A stretch of 64,000 nucleotides of DNA from the human T2T-CHM13v2.0 reference genome, Homo sapiens. Both the position numbers and the translations under genes were made by a program. Shown here in pieces: positions 25,052 to 36,565 of the stretch (positions are counted from its first letter, which is position 1; each line of letters starts with the position of its first letter). Under the pieces are notes generated by a model, which was not told the DNA's origin, searched no databases, and saw only the letters and a list, made by a program, of their open reading frames with translations. The DNA lies in contig CP068257.2 in the NCBI GenBank assembly GCA_009914755.4, positions 43,328,001 through 43,392,000 of the forward strand, written 5' to 3'.

Positions 25052-25436
25052 CCCTGTCCAGGAGTGTGGACCCCAGGCATCAACTGTCCAGGGGCCTGTC
25101 CAGGAGTGTGGACCCCAGGCATCAACTGTCCGGGGGCCTGTCCAGGAGTGTGAACCCCAGGCATCAACTGTCCAGAGCCCTGTCCAGGAGTGTGGACCCC
25201 AGGCATCAACTGTCCGGGGGCCTGTCCAGGAGTGTGAACCCCAGGCATCAACTGTCCAGAGCCCTGTCCAGGAGTGTGGACCCCAGGCATCAACTGTCCG
25301 GAGCCCTGTCGAGGAGTGTGGACCCCAGGCATCAACTGTCCAGAGCCCTGTCCAGGAGTGTGGACCCCAGGCATCAACTGTCCAGAGCCCTGTCCAGGAG
25401 TGTGGACCCCAGGCATCAACTGTCCAGGGGCCTGGG
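25052..25436. repeat. 42-bp minisatellite, about 9 copies (CCTGTCCAGGAGTGTGGACCCCAGGCATCAACTGTCCAGGGG)
   Basis: Direct reading; variants gggg / agag / ggag at the unit junction and gtggacc / gtgaacc. Confidence 0.9.
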
Positions 25437-26444
25437 GCATCCATGGGCCACACGGCAGCGCTGAAAACACAGGGCCCTTGCACCCAGGGCAGACCTCAGC
25501 ACAGTTGGAGACATCACTCCTGCCCTCCTTGCGCTCGGCCCGAGAGCTAGAGCTTGCTCAGCTCAGCCCCAGGAGGAAGCAGAACCGCAGCCTCCAGAAC
25601 ATTGGGGTGACCCCGTCGCTGAGGGTCCCCTGGCCCAAGGCCAGCGTGTGTCTTCCGGGGGAGGAATGACCTCCGGAGCCGCCATCCCCAGCCTCGGCAG
25701 CAGGGGCTCCAGGGTCCGGGAGCCAAAACTCAGCAGCTGCTGGGTGTGCAGGGAAAGTTGTTTAGATAAAATCCAAACAAGCACCTCATATATTACAGGA
25801 GGCTGTAAAACAAACTTAGCCTTGTGCTAATATTTTGGTTTGGTTTCCACTATCCACACCTAGAAGAATGTGCGCGCCATCCCAGCCCGGCGGTCAGTAA
25901 CATTCCAGGAGCTTTGGGGAGCATCTCCATTGCCAGTCAAGAGCCAGGCGCCACGCACCCCAGTCCGGAGGGACCGCTCAGCCTCGGGCTAAAAAAGGGA
26001 GAGAGCGCAAGCAGACAGCGTCCACAGCCGCGTCTCCAGGCCACAGCGGGCACCTGCAGGGCAGCTGGGAATGGGAAGGGCAGAGGCGGCCAGAAGCTCG
26101 TGCCCTCACTGATGCCGGCCCTGGCAGTTCTTTCCAAAAATCTTCCCACTCAGCTCCCCGAGTCCCACGGATCAGGCGCCCTTAGCCTGCTGTGCAGGGG
26201 GTGGGGAAGACTGAGGCACAGAAGGCCGGGCCCCCCAGGCACCAAGCACGGCCCATGACCCAGAGCCATGGAGTCACCCAGGCCGCACAGCTGGTGAGAG
26301 CAGCCCCAGATGAGGCGGAGCCACTGGGTTCAAGGCCAGAGTTCCTGCTGCACCCCCGACCCCTGGTCCCGCCATGGAAGGTGCCAGGAGTCATGTTCCC
26401 TGGGCTCCTCTTCCCCCAAAAGCCCCTCCTCATGTATGCATGAG

Positions 26445-26480
26445 TGTGTGTGTGTGTGTGTGTGAGAGTGTGTGTGTGCA
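26445..26480. repeat. (GT)n microsatellite
   Basis: gagtgtgtgtgtgtgtgtgtgtgagagtgtgtgtgtgcacg. Confidence 0.9.
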
Positions 26481-26603
26481 CGTTTCCCTGCCTGAGCACT
26501 GAGCACACCTCCGCACAGGCAACTGCTGCCACCACCTCATGGTCTCCCAGTAGCCACTATGAGGAGGGCAGAGGCCACCGCCTCTAGCCCAGCAGGACGA
26601 GGG

Positions 26604-26768
26604 CCTCGTGACCCGTGGGGGGAGCAGAGCAGGGTCTGTGTGCCTCGTGACCCCTGGGGGGTGGGCAGAGCAGGGTCTGTGTGCCTCGTGACCCCTGGGG
26701 GGTGGGCAGAGCAGGGTCTGTGTGCTTCGTGACCCCTGGGGGGTGGGCAGAGCAGGGTCTGTGTGCAG
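26604..26768. repeat. 41-bp minisatellite x4 (CCTCGTGACCCCTGGGGGGTGGGCAGAGCAGGGTCTGTGTG)
   Basis: Direct reading. Confidence 0.9.
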
Positions 26769-27821
26769 GGTTCCTTGCCAGGCACGTGGCCAGCACTGCA
26801 GGAGCTGGCATTGTGGTGGCTCGGACGCCCTGACCCCGTGTTGATGTTTTTGGTGCAGCCCTGCCCGCGTGGCCTTAGGGTGACCCATGTGACCACAGCC
26901 CATGGCGGGCACAGCACAAGGGAGGCCACTTCCAGGCCTAGGGGGTTAGACTGTGGCTTCTGGCACCTGGAGGAGACTTGGCAGCCTGGGGGTGCCACAT
27001 GGTCAGGGGCTGAGGCCTCCCCACAGCCCCGTGAGCCCCGTCCTGGACAAGGGGCTGCCCGTGGCTGCCACCTGAGCCACAGCCACCAGCCATGCTGCCC
27101 CTGAAACGGGGGAGCTAACACGTGGAGGCATTTTTAAGCTGCTACGTTTTGGGGTATTTGCTACACGGCTATAGATGTCTGATACGCTGTGGGGTATGCC
27201 CTGAATGTGGGGTCTGGTTGGCCCTAGGCTAGCATCAAGCTTTGGGCAGCCAGGGCCCCAAAGCCCCCACTCCTGCCCACTGTGGCCACGCGCCTGCAGG
27301 ACCAGTCCCGCCGCTGTGTGGGCCTCGCCTCTGGACACAGGCCCCAGGACCCCCGAACTGAGGCTGGCCTGGCTCCACGTCCTCCCGCCCACTCCCGTTC
27401 AGCGCTGCCAGGCACCGTACCCTCTGCTGCCCACCAGGACCCGGCTCCTGGCAGGCCTGAGCCTCCTCCCCATCTCCCTTCACCCTCCCTGAGCACCCCC
27501 CGGGCCCATGGGCCCAGCCTGCTGAGGGTGACTTCTTCACACCCAGGCTCTTGGCCCAGCCTCCTCACCCCTGTCCCTGGGACTTCCTCCTGGCCACACC
27601 ATCCTTCCAGCAGTGCTCCCAACACACATGGCCATCCCTGGGGAGTCTTCCAGGCAGCCCTACCCACCATCTCCACCCACCTCCTTCCCACCTGCTCACC
27701 ACGAGGTCCTGTTCCCAGCATACGGCCCTGCTGCTGGCTGGGGAGGAGATCTGACCCCTCCTGGGCCACTGTCAGCATCCCCGGGACACAGTGCTGCCGG
27801 CCTCCCTTTGGAGTCCAACCC

Positions 27822-28100
27822 TGTCCTGTCCCCACCTGCCCCGTCCCCCACCTGCCCCATCCCCACCTGCCCCATCCCCCTGCCTGCCCCATCCCCTCAC
27901 CTGCCCCATCCCCCACCTGCCCCATCCCCCACCTGCCCCATCCCCCCCACCTGCCCCATCCCCCACCTGCCCCATCCCCCCACCTACCCCATCACCTGTC
28001 CTGTCCACCACCTGTCCTGTCCTCCACCTGTCCACCACCTGTCCTGTCCTCACCTGCCCCATCCCAACCTACCCTGTCCCCACCTGCCCCGTCCTCCTAC
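27822..28100. repeat. C-rich 15-bp minisatellite, about 18 copies (CACCTGCCCCATCCC and variants cctgtcctgtcc)
   Basis: Direct reading. Confidence 0.85.
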
Positions 28101-28682
28101 CTGTGCTGGTTCTGGTGAGCCTGTCAGGTGACACACCCTGGCTGTCTCCTCCATGGGGCACCCAGTGAAGCCGAGGGAGGACCCTGGGGCTGGGACTCAG
28201 TTTCCCCTCCTAGGGGCCACGAACTGGTCTGGATGCCACAGGCTGCTGAGGGAGGACAGGTCGAGGGCACCATCGAGGGTGAGTCTTGGTCGGCTGGCAG
28301 AGGGCTGGCCCAGGGAGCCCCGTCCCTCCCTGAGGGCCCCGCCTGCTCAGTACTGTGGCCTGTGGCCCGGGTTTGGCCTGTCCATCAGATCCAGCCCTTC
28401 GGCACCGGTGTCCCCAGGGCCCTGGGCTGTGAGGGGGTGTGGAGGGGAAGGAAGGACATCTGGGGGCGGCTGTCACACATGGGAGCATCGCTGACGGAGA
28501 AGTTTTCCTATAAATGCAGCTGTGTTCATGGATGTTCCAAATGGAACTGCCAGCTGGCTTTTGGTTTATGAGACTTTATTAAAGATTACATTTCTGTTTA
28601 GTTATTTATTAGGTGTTTAGCCAATATTTCTAAATAGAGGACATGATGCTGAGACTGGGGCTACATGGCCATGGTTGTGTGA

Positions 28683-28770
28683 GTGTGCGTGTGTGTGTGT
28701 TGTGTGTGTGTGTGTGTGTGCACGTATAAGTGCATGTGTGAGCATGTGTGCATGCGTGAGCGTGTCTGCA
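28683..28770. repeat. (GT)n-rich microsatellite
   Basis: gtgtgcgtgtgtgtgtgttgtgtgtgtgtgtgtgtgtgcacg…. Confidence 0.85.
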
Positions 28771-29889
28771 TGAAACAGAGCTTTCTTGTTCTTGAACTTC
28801 TGGGGCCCGAGGCGTCCGAATGCTCGAGGAACGATGATCTGCAAAGCAGGATTCCGCAGCAAGTTGGTGCCCGCGGAAGCTGAGCATCAATTTGCTCTTA
28901 GGGAATTTTCCATGTTCTTCCATCTCCCCGTTTAGGTGCCAGGTCCCGGCCTGCAGGGTGGGGCTATCGGGCCTCTGCCACCTGCTTCGTGGTGAGACTC
29001 CTGGGCGCCCACAGCCTCCGCCTGGCAGGCCAGCCCAACAGAGCCTGTTTCATCAGATGGTGTTTCCAGGAGCCAAATAACAAACACACTTTCTGGAAAC
29101 AGCCAGGAGGAGCAGCCGTCTCCCAAGAGGGGAAGGAAAACAAGAGGCCGCTGCGGCTCCACTCCCCATGACCGCCTGGACCTGCAGCAGGCTGGTGCAA
29201 AGGCCCTGGAGCAGTGGCCACTGCTGTCTGCACACCAGGGCCCAGCCCATGGCCAGACCTGGGGCCGGTGGGTGTGGACTGGAGCCTGGGGCTCTGCCAG
29301 CCCCTCCTCTGGTGCCAGGCTGGTCTCCCGAGGCCCAGAGGAGGTAAAAACAGAGTCTTTAATGACACCAGGAGCCATTGGCCTTCAACCACTGCCTCCA
29401 CAGTCTGGGCACCCCAGCCAGCAGCTTGAGGGCCTGGCCCAGGCAGAGGCTGGGGCAATGTGGGATGCTGTGAGGGCTGCAGGCTCTGGTGGGGGCGAAG
29501 CTGCCACCTGCTCAGAGGCCATGGCCTCCGCCTCGGGCACCTGCTCCCAGAACCGCCGGCTGCAGGGGAACCTGCCTCCATCACCCCTCAAGCCCGGGCC
29601 CTGATGCAGGGTGAGGGGGGAAGCCTCCCAGAGGAAGATGCAGGCTTGCAGGCAGCTGGAGGTCGTGGCCTGAGCTCTGCTGAGACTCGCGTACGACATT
29701 GTGTAGAAAATCTGCTTTTTAAACTCAGCCTGCTGCAGAGATGAAAGGAGGCTCTGTGCCTGCGGCGCTTTGCCGCCCATTGGAGTTGGGTGTTGGCTTT
29801 GCATGGGACCAGTGATTCTGGCAAGCTTGGCCTGTCGGCCGGGTCTGCAGCCCTTGCCGGCTAGGGCAAGGTGTGGAACGGGAGCCAAA

Positions 29890-29985
29890 GACAGGGTCCC
29901 AGCCCACCCCCTACAGGGGACCCATGTTGGGAAAGACAGGGTCCCACCCACCCCCCACAGGGGACCCATGTTGGGAAAGACACGC
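29890..29985. repeat. about 46-bp tandem duplication x2
   Basis: gacagggtcccagcccaccccctacaggggacccatgttgggaaa repeated. Confidence 0.8.
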
Positions 29986-31124
29986 GGGGGCTCGGGACGG
30001 GTTCTGCAAAACTTGCGGGGGCGGCCACATGGGGTTCCCAGTATGTGTGACCTGGGGATGCAGCGGCAAGGCAGCTGGCACCATGGGCAGGTAGGTGCAG
30101 AGCCAGTGAGGTGCCCAGCAGCAGCCCCGCCTGAGCCTCCAGGCCCACCTGCCTCCTTTCTCAGCCTCAGTGGGGAAGGAGGAGACTTTCAGGCCCCTAG
30201 AGTCTGACCAAGGCCCCAGCTCCAGTGCAGGACCCGTTGGCCAAGATGCAGGGGAGAGAAAGGGCCCCCCTCTGAGGTCCTCGGGAGGCTGGGGAGGACC
30301 TCTGGGGGCCGCTCAGTGGTGAGGTCTGTTCCGCCTGCCCCTGCCTGCCCCCCTCACTGAACAAGGGCATCCAAGGGCACATCAAAAAGATCCCAGAGTG
30401 GCTCTGGGTGGAAGCAAGAAACAGACCCCAAGAGGGGGCTTCACTGCCTCCGCTGGCCTGCTCCAGAAGCCGCTGGCCGTGGGTCTGAGTGCCCGTGGGC
30501 AGGCTGGCGGCTGCTGGCCTCTCAACCTCCAGCCACCAGACGGCAGTTGACACAGCCTCCTCCAGGTCCCTGGGCTCCTTTCAGCTCTGTAACCTGGGAA
30601 AGAGCTCACAGGGCACGAGCTCAGCCCTGTCGCCTCCAGGAGTCTCACCCTGTATTGTTTGTCTGCATCTTCAGCTTTGCGGGTGCCCTGAGGATGAGGT
30701 GCTGCTGCTGGGTGTTTTTTAAAGTGCCTTGGAGAAGGCGGAGTAGCTGGTGCCAGGCCAGGCATCTCCAGCCCTGAGCGGGAGGATCCCTTCCAGCCAT
30801 GGTCCAGGAGCCCGGGGCTGGGGCTGGTCTGGGGGCTCTGGGGCCATCTGCACCCTGGGGACTGCTCTGGAGGATGCCCTGGTCCCCTGTTCCCTGTGGC
30901 AGGAGGAAGGGGCTGTGGGGTGAGCCTCCAGCCCTCCCTGGGTGAGCAGATGACCCCATGTGGGAGAGGCCAGGCCCTGGTGTTTGCACGGCCTGGTCAA
31001 GGCCACCCTGGCTGGGAAGGTGCAGGTGCATCTGGAGGCTGTCATGAGACTCCCTGCCCAGGACTGGACACAGGCTAGACATGCTGCCCTCGCAGACACA
31101 GCTCCCTGGGAGCCTCATGCCGCT

Positions 31125-31475
31125 GGGAGGAAGATGGGGTGGGTGCCATGGGAGGAAGATGGGATGGGTGCCATGGAAGATGGGGTATCCTGGGAGGATA
31201 GTGGGTGCCCCTGGAGGAAGGCGGGTGCCCCCAGAGGAAGGTGGGTGCCCCAGGAGGAAAGTAGGTGCCTGGGAAGAAGGTGGGTGCCCTGAGAGGAAGG
31301 CACCTGGGTATCCCTGGAGGAAAGCGGGTCCCCGTGGAGGAAGGTGGGCACGCTGGGGAGGAAGGTGGGTACCCCGGGGAGGAAGGTGGGTACCCCGGGA
31401 ACTGTGGTGCTCCGGGAGGAGGGTGAGTGCCCCGGGAACTGTGGTGCTCCGGGAGGAGGGTGGGTGCCAAGGGTC
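31125..31475. repeat. 21-bp minisatellite, about 17 copies (GGAGGAAGGTGGGTGCCCCAG)
   Basis: Direct reading; degenerate copies at both ends. Confidence 0.85.
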
Positions 31476-32530
31476 AGAGTTGCTCAGAGCTGTGATTTGC
31501 TCAGCCCTGAGCAGCTGGGAACGGGGGTGCTCGGCCCAATGCCAGCTCTGTTCCTGCCCTCTGAGATGGGGCCCTGAGTCCTGTTTCTGCTGCTGGGCTG
31601 AGCAGGGTGGCAGGGCGGGGGCCAGGCTGAGGCCTCAAGGCCACCTCCACAGCAGGCGGGAGGGAGCCACTGTCCTGATGCCCCTGCAGCTCTGGGAGCT
31701 GGGCCCCGGGCTGCTTCCTCCTCCCCCGGCGATGGGGGTCGCTCACACGAGCCCTGCAGGGGAACAGCCGACGGGGCCGAGTGGCAGCAGCTGTGTGTGG
31801 GCCCCTGCATCTCCCTCAGTGGTGGGCTCGGTCTGAGGCAGCACACACAGCTGTGCGGGGCAGGCCCTGGGCCCATCTCACGGCCAGGAGGAGGAGCACA
31901 GGCTGAAGTTGCCCCCTGGGAGGTGGCACCGGACTGCAGCCTCCACAGTGGCCAGGGGTGCCGGGGGAGGCCCGGGCCTGTGGCAGACGATGCCACGTGG
32001 CTGCTCAGGTCCCACAGCCCTGCTGGTTCAGACGCCAGCGCCGTGTGGACTCTGAAGCCTCGCTGGCCTGGCTCTCCCTCCACCCCACCCAGGGCCACGA
32101 GTGCTGTGCCGTAGAGGCGTCCCTTGGGCAGTGGTGGTGGCAGTGGAGACAGCCTGGCCTCCTCCTGCACGCCCTCGCCATCCCTGCTGTGTGGAGCTGT
32201 CCCCGCACCGGGCCGCGGGCTGGCAGCAGGGACAGTAGCCAGAGTCTGGCCTGCCCCCTCTGGACCTCCTGCGCCCCAGTCCCCATCTTCTGAGGGTGGG
32301 AGGGGTCCCCTGGCCTGGGCCCCATCAGACACCTTCCAGCCTCCCTGGGACGGGGAGAGACAGGTGCACGAGGAGTGGGGCTCAGCCGGGCTGAGCTCAA
32401 CCTCTGACCCTGCAGGGAGTGGTTTGGGGACCCCCCTGGCCTCAGTTTCCCTCATCTGAAACAGGAACCTGGACATGTCCTTGGAGCCTCTGCCCATGCC
32501 ACAGTCCTTGACCCACCCTCCAGAAGGTTT

Positions 32531-32656
32531 GGCAGGGAGCCTGGCAGGATGGTGCCCTGTCCCCTCACCTTGGCAGGGAGCCTGGCGGGATGGTGCCCTG
32601 TCCCCTCACCTTGGCAGGGAGCCTGGCGGGATGGTGCCCTGTCCCCTCACCTTGGG
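32531..32656. repeat. 42-bp minisatellite x3 (GGCAGGGAGCCTGGCGGGATGGTGCCCTGTCCCCTCACCTTG)
   Basis: Direct reading. Confidence 0.9.
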
Positions 32657-34599
32657 CTGGGAGCTTCGCAGGGGGAGCAGCTTCTGTGCTTCGTGCTAGG
32701 AGCCTCTTGGGGAAGGCACTGTGTGCCACCCTGCCTCTCCGGGGAGAACAGGGCTGGTAACACGGGCCTGGCTCCCTGAAGACGGTTGGGGAGGCATGGC
32801 CAGAGCTGCTTCCCAGGCCAGTTCTGCCTACCTCTCGCCCGAGACAAGCCCTGTGCAGAGCAGCGGCTCACCAGACAGCGGCCCAGGGGGCCCTTCCGTT
32901 CTCAGAAAAGGGGAATAGGAACCCTTCACTCTTGTCTGTCCCTGCCAGCCAGGGTTCCAGGGCTCTGGGGCTCTGTGCAGGGTTGGGGCTCGCATCTGTG
33001 TGGATCCCGGGAACCTGACAAAAGGCCAGGCTGTGCGGCACCATCTTGGCCGTGGGGCCAGTCCTGGGCGTGACCAGTGCCCGGGACCCCCGACCGGGCA
33101 GTACGGCGGCTCTGCGCAAACGTCCCCCCTGCAGGGTCAAGCAGAACTGTGGTCGCTGCCAGGCTGCCTGGCACCTCAGCACCTCGGCCCTCACTGCCCA
33201 CAGGAATCTGTCAGGAGCCCCACCCCGGCCATGAGCTCGGGGGGCTGGCGCCCCTGGGCTGGGCATGGCGCCGGGCAGAGGCTCATGGATCTGTTGAGTG
33301 GATGGACAGACACAGCCCACAGGTGAGCGATGGCCTTGCCAGTGTGGACCTGTGTTCCTGCAAGGCTGCTTTAAATTGCTTTTGATAAATTGATTTCCCA
33401 CTGACTTGTTATATTTTCAGAAACATTTCCTCTGTTTTCACTCATGACTGAGCTTTCCGTCGGCCGTGGCCCCCACGTGTAGCAGGCACCTGCAGGCTGC
33501 CCATCTTCACCACATGTGCTCCCCACCTAAGCAATGCAGAGAGGCCGCTGTGGGGGTCGTCCCTACTCAAGGAAAAGGACTGGGCTGGAGGCTGGAGCCC
33601 TGAGTTAGAGCTCCACGTTGGCCGTGGCTGTGCGGTCTCCTCTTGGGTAGGGTGTTGGCCACTTCTCAGGGCACCCGGCTGGAGCCTCATTCACTGTGAA
33701 GTGACTGCAGATGTCTGAGGAAGAGGCACCTGCTCCTTCAGGTCCCTCTGCTCACCAGGTACTGGGCACCTCTCCGGAGCTGGAGCTCTCAGTCAGCAGA
33801 CACTTGGCGGCCAGGGACGGTCAGGCCTCAGAGCAGAGCTGGAAAACAGAGGGCATCAGACAAACATCACGTGGCTCTGCAGGACCCGGGGCAGGGGCCT
33901 CCAGGATGGAGAGGCTGGGCTGTGTTGGTGGCAGGTGGCCGGGAGGATGCCCCGGGGACCTCACAGCTGTTGTTGCACCCCTAAAACTCCCTCTGCCCAG
34001 AGTCCTTAGGGAGTCCGTGCTGCGCAGGTGCTGGGGCCGCTGTGCGGTGCTGTCCGAGTCACTGTGTGGAGCTTAGCTCAGCGCTTTGCTTTGAGATCAG
34101 CCAGGCAGGAATATTTACACCACAGTAACTGGCAAACACTGCACATGGGCAGCCGGGTGTCAGATGGGCACCCTGGCGCTGGAGATTTCACTGGCCAGAC
34201 CCCCACCCCCAATTCCACAGGAAACCCAAGAGGGACGGTGCTCACCGTCCTCCCCTGGTGGGCTCTCAGTCCATTCCTGGGTCACAGCGGCGCCCCACGC
34301 AGGCTGCCCCACAGGGACTCCACCCTGGGCGCCATGCTGGCATCTCTCCCCCAAGTTCCTGTGTCATGGGCATTAACACAGTGAGGACAACACCTCCAGG
34401 CACCCATGCTGGGCGTGGAGCATGGATGGGAAGGCCACAAGTCCTGAGGGCCGCTTGTTACGTGGCCTGGCCCCACCCATCCCCACCTCCGTGGTCAGGG
34501 AGTTGCTGGCTGCTGCCGTAGAGGACGAGTGATTGCAGGCACCTGTGCGTCTCACGTGTGATGCCTTCTTACCAAACTCGCAAAACCTGCAGAGCCTCG

Positions 34600-35150
34600 G
34601 GTTCCCAGCAAGCTGCCTCTGCCCGCCAAGGAAGAGCATTCTGGAAACTGCCGCTGAGGCTGCTGCGCTTCCTCGCCCACACTCAGCACTTCCAGCGTGA
34701 CCACCCCTTTGTCCGGGCGGACCCTCCAGTCAGAGGAGCCAGGGCTCAACAGAAACCTGTCCTGGGCGTGCACCCGAATGAACCGAAAACCTGTATTCAC
34801 ACAAAACCCGGGAGTGAATGTGGAGAGATGCTGGTGTGTAACCCCCTACGCGCTGGAGAGAACTCAGGTGCCCATCACCGGCGAGGGGATAAAACAGCTG
34901 CGGACCCCCCATACCGCAGAATCTTGGGGGCAAAAGGCACGCGCTGGCACTTCACAGCACAGGCGAGTCCTAAACGCGCTTTTCTAAGTGAAGGAAGCCA
35001 GACAGGCCGCATCCTGTGAGACCTCATTTCTGTAACATTCCGGAAAAGGCAAAACTTTGGCGACAGAGCAGAGACGTAAATCGGATCCAAAACCAGACCC
35101 TGCAGATTTCCGCACCGCCTCAGCCTAAGCTGCGCGAGCCGAAGCCTGGA
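34600..35150 (+). mobile_element. ancient L1 (L1M/L1P-type) 3'-end fragment, sense, heavily GC/CpG-shifted
   Basis: cacccgaatgaaccgaaaacctgtattcacacaaaacccgggagtgaatg … ctaagtgaaggaagccagaca … cgacagagcagagacgtaaatcgg aligns to my recollection of the old-L1 3' consensus (acccaagagaattgaaaacatatgtccacacaaaaacttgtacacgaatg … ctaagtgaaataagccagacacaaaag … catagagacagaaagtagaatgg). Confidence 0.5.
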
Positions 35151-36234
35151 CCCCGCAAGTACTCATGGCTCTTCTGCCCCGGGGTGTCTGTGACTCCAAG
35201 TGCACCCTGAGAAGAAGCCCCCCGTCACTCGTCCTGGGGGCACAGCAGTAGGTGGCCAGGCCAGTGCCCCTGACCACACACACTGAGGACGCTTTCCACC
35301 CTATCGGCTTCCTTTCTTGGCGTGGTGGCTCCTGCCCAGTGACTCACGCACAGAGAGTGGCAGGAAGCCAGGGAGGACGGGCTGGCAGAGCTCTGAGCGA
35401 GGAGCATGGACACCAGCTTGGGCCAGGGCCTGTGGGGCAGGAGAGGCCGAGAGGCAGCGTGGGCTCTGAGGCTGGGCCTTGGTCGCGCTCGCTCAGCCCG
35501 GGGCCTGGTAGCAGCAGGGACGTACACAGACGTGGAGGGGCATCCGGGCAGGAGCCGTGGACATGGGAGCCCCACACGCCTGAGAGCATGGCACGCACCC
35601 ACGTGGCCACGAGGGGCCAGGACGCAGCCGGTTTGCGGCTGAACCAGAACTGCAGTCGGGGTGTCCTGCATTCCCTAGGCTCGTGCTCCCACCCCCTGCC
35701 CACGAGTGTCTGCAGAGGAAGGCGGCCCTGGATCCAGCCGTGGCAGCAGGGGGTGGGTCCGGCAGCCCATGTCCCCGCGTGGAGGTCCCGGGAGGTCCGG
35801 CCCCCTGCAGGGCACCCATGCTGGGGCAGTGGATCCCGAGATGCTGAGCTGGGGCAACAGGCCTGGAGGCGCGGCTCTGCACCCCCAGAACTTGGTCTCA
35901 GCCCTGAGCTTGCCAGGATGGCCAGGTGTGAATGCGGCCAGGCTGGAGGCCCAACGTCCCGTGCAGCTACTGAGTCAGCCCTGCTCACCTGGAGGCTGCT
36001 GCCCCTCGAGGTACTGTTGTCCCGAGCCCATAGTCAGTCCCCGCCTGGGGTCTGGCGTCTGCCCTGCTAACTCTCCTGTGAGTGGGCTGGGCACGGAGGC
36101 TGAACGACTGTGTCTGCCCCTGCCCCTGCCCCCTTAGGCCTCCAGGGAGCTGCTCCAGAAAGTCCAAGAGCCAGCACCGCGGCCAGCTGGTCTGTCCTTG
36201 CAAGAGGCCGCGATACAGCCTTGACACCCAGGGG

Positions 36235-36565
36235 CTGAGAAGGGAGCTGGGGAGGGGCTGGAGAGGGGCTTGGGGAAGACCTGGGGAGGGTCTGGGGAGA
36301 GTGCTGGGGAGGGGTCAGGGAGGGGGGCTGGGGAGGGGGTTGGGGAAGGGTGGGGCAAGGATCTGGGGAAGTGTTGCGGAGGGGTGGGGGAGGGGTTAGG
36401 GAGGGGGCTGGGGAGGGGTTGGGGATGGAGCTAGGGAGGGGCTGTGGAGGGAGCTGGGGTGGGAGCTGTGGGGGGAGCTGGGGATGGGCTGGGGAGGGAT
36501 CTGGGGAGGGGTTAGGGAGGGAGCTGGGGAGGGAGTTGGGTGAGGGGCTTGGGAGGGGGCTGGAG
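36235..36565. repeat. G-rich 12-bp minisatellite, about 27 copies (CTGGGGAGGGGN)
   Basis: Direct reading: ctggggaggggct / tggggaagacc / agggagctgggga …. Confidence 0.85.

Noticed and set aside
24625-25550. 279-aa and 201-aa ORFs with (SRSVDPRHQLSRAL)n / (PVQECGPQASTVQS)n repeats
   Set aside because: They are products of the 42-bp (14-codon) minisatellite at 25052-25436.
33200-33330. Possible first coding exon ATG…(MSSGGWRPWAGHGAGQRLMDLLSGWTDTAHR)|gtgagc with a strong donor at about 33326
   Set aside because: The donor consensus (CAG|GTGAGC) is good, but in 64 kb of GC-rich DNA such sites occur by chance. There is no upstream promoter-like CpG enrichment and the peptide is Gly/Trp/Ala-biased. 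I keep it as an unverified note only.
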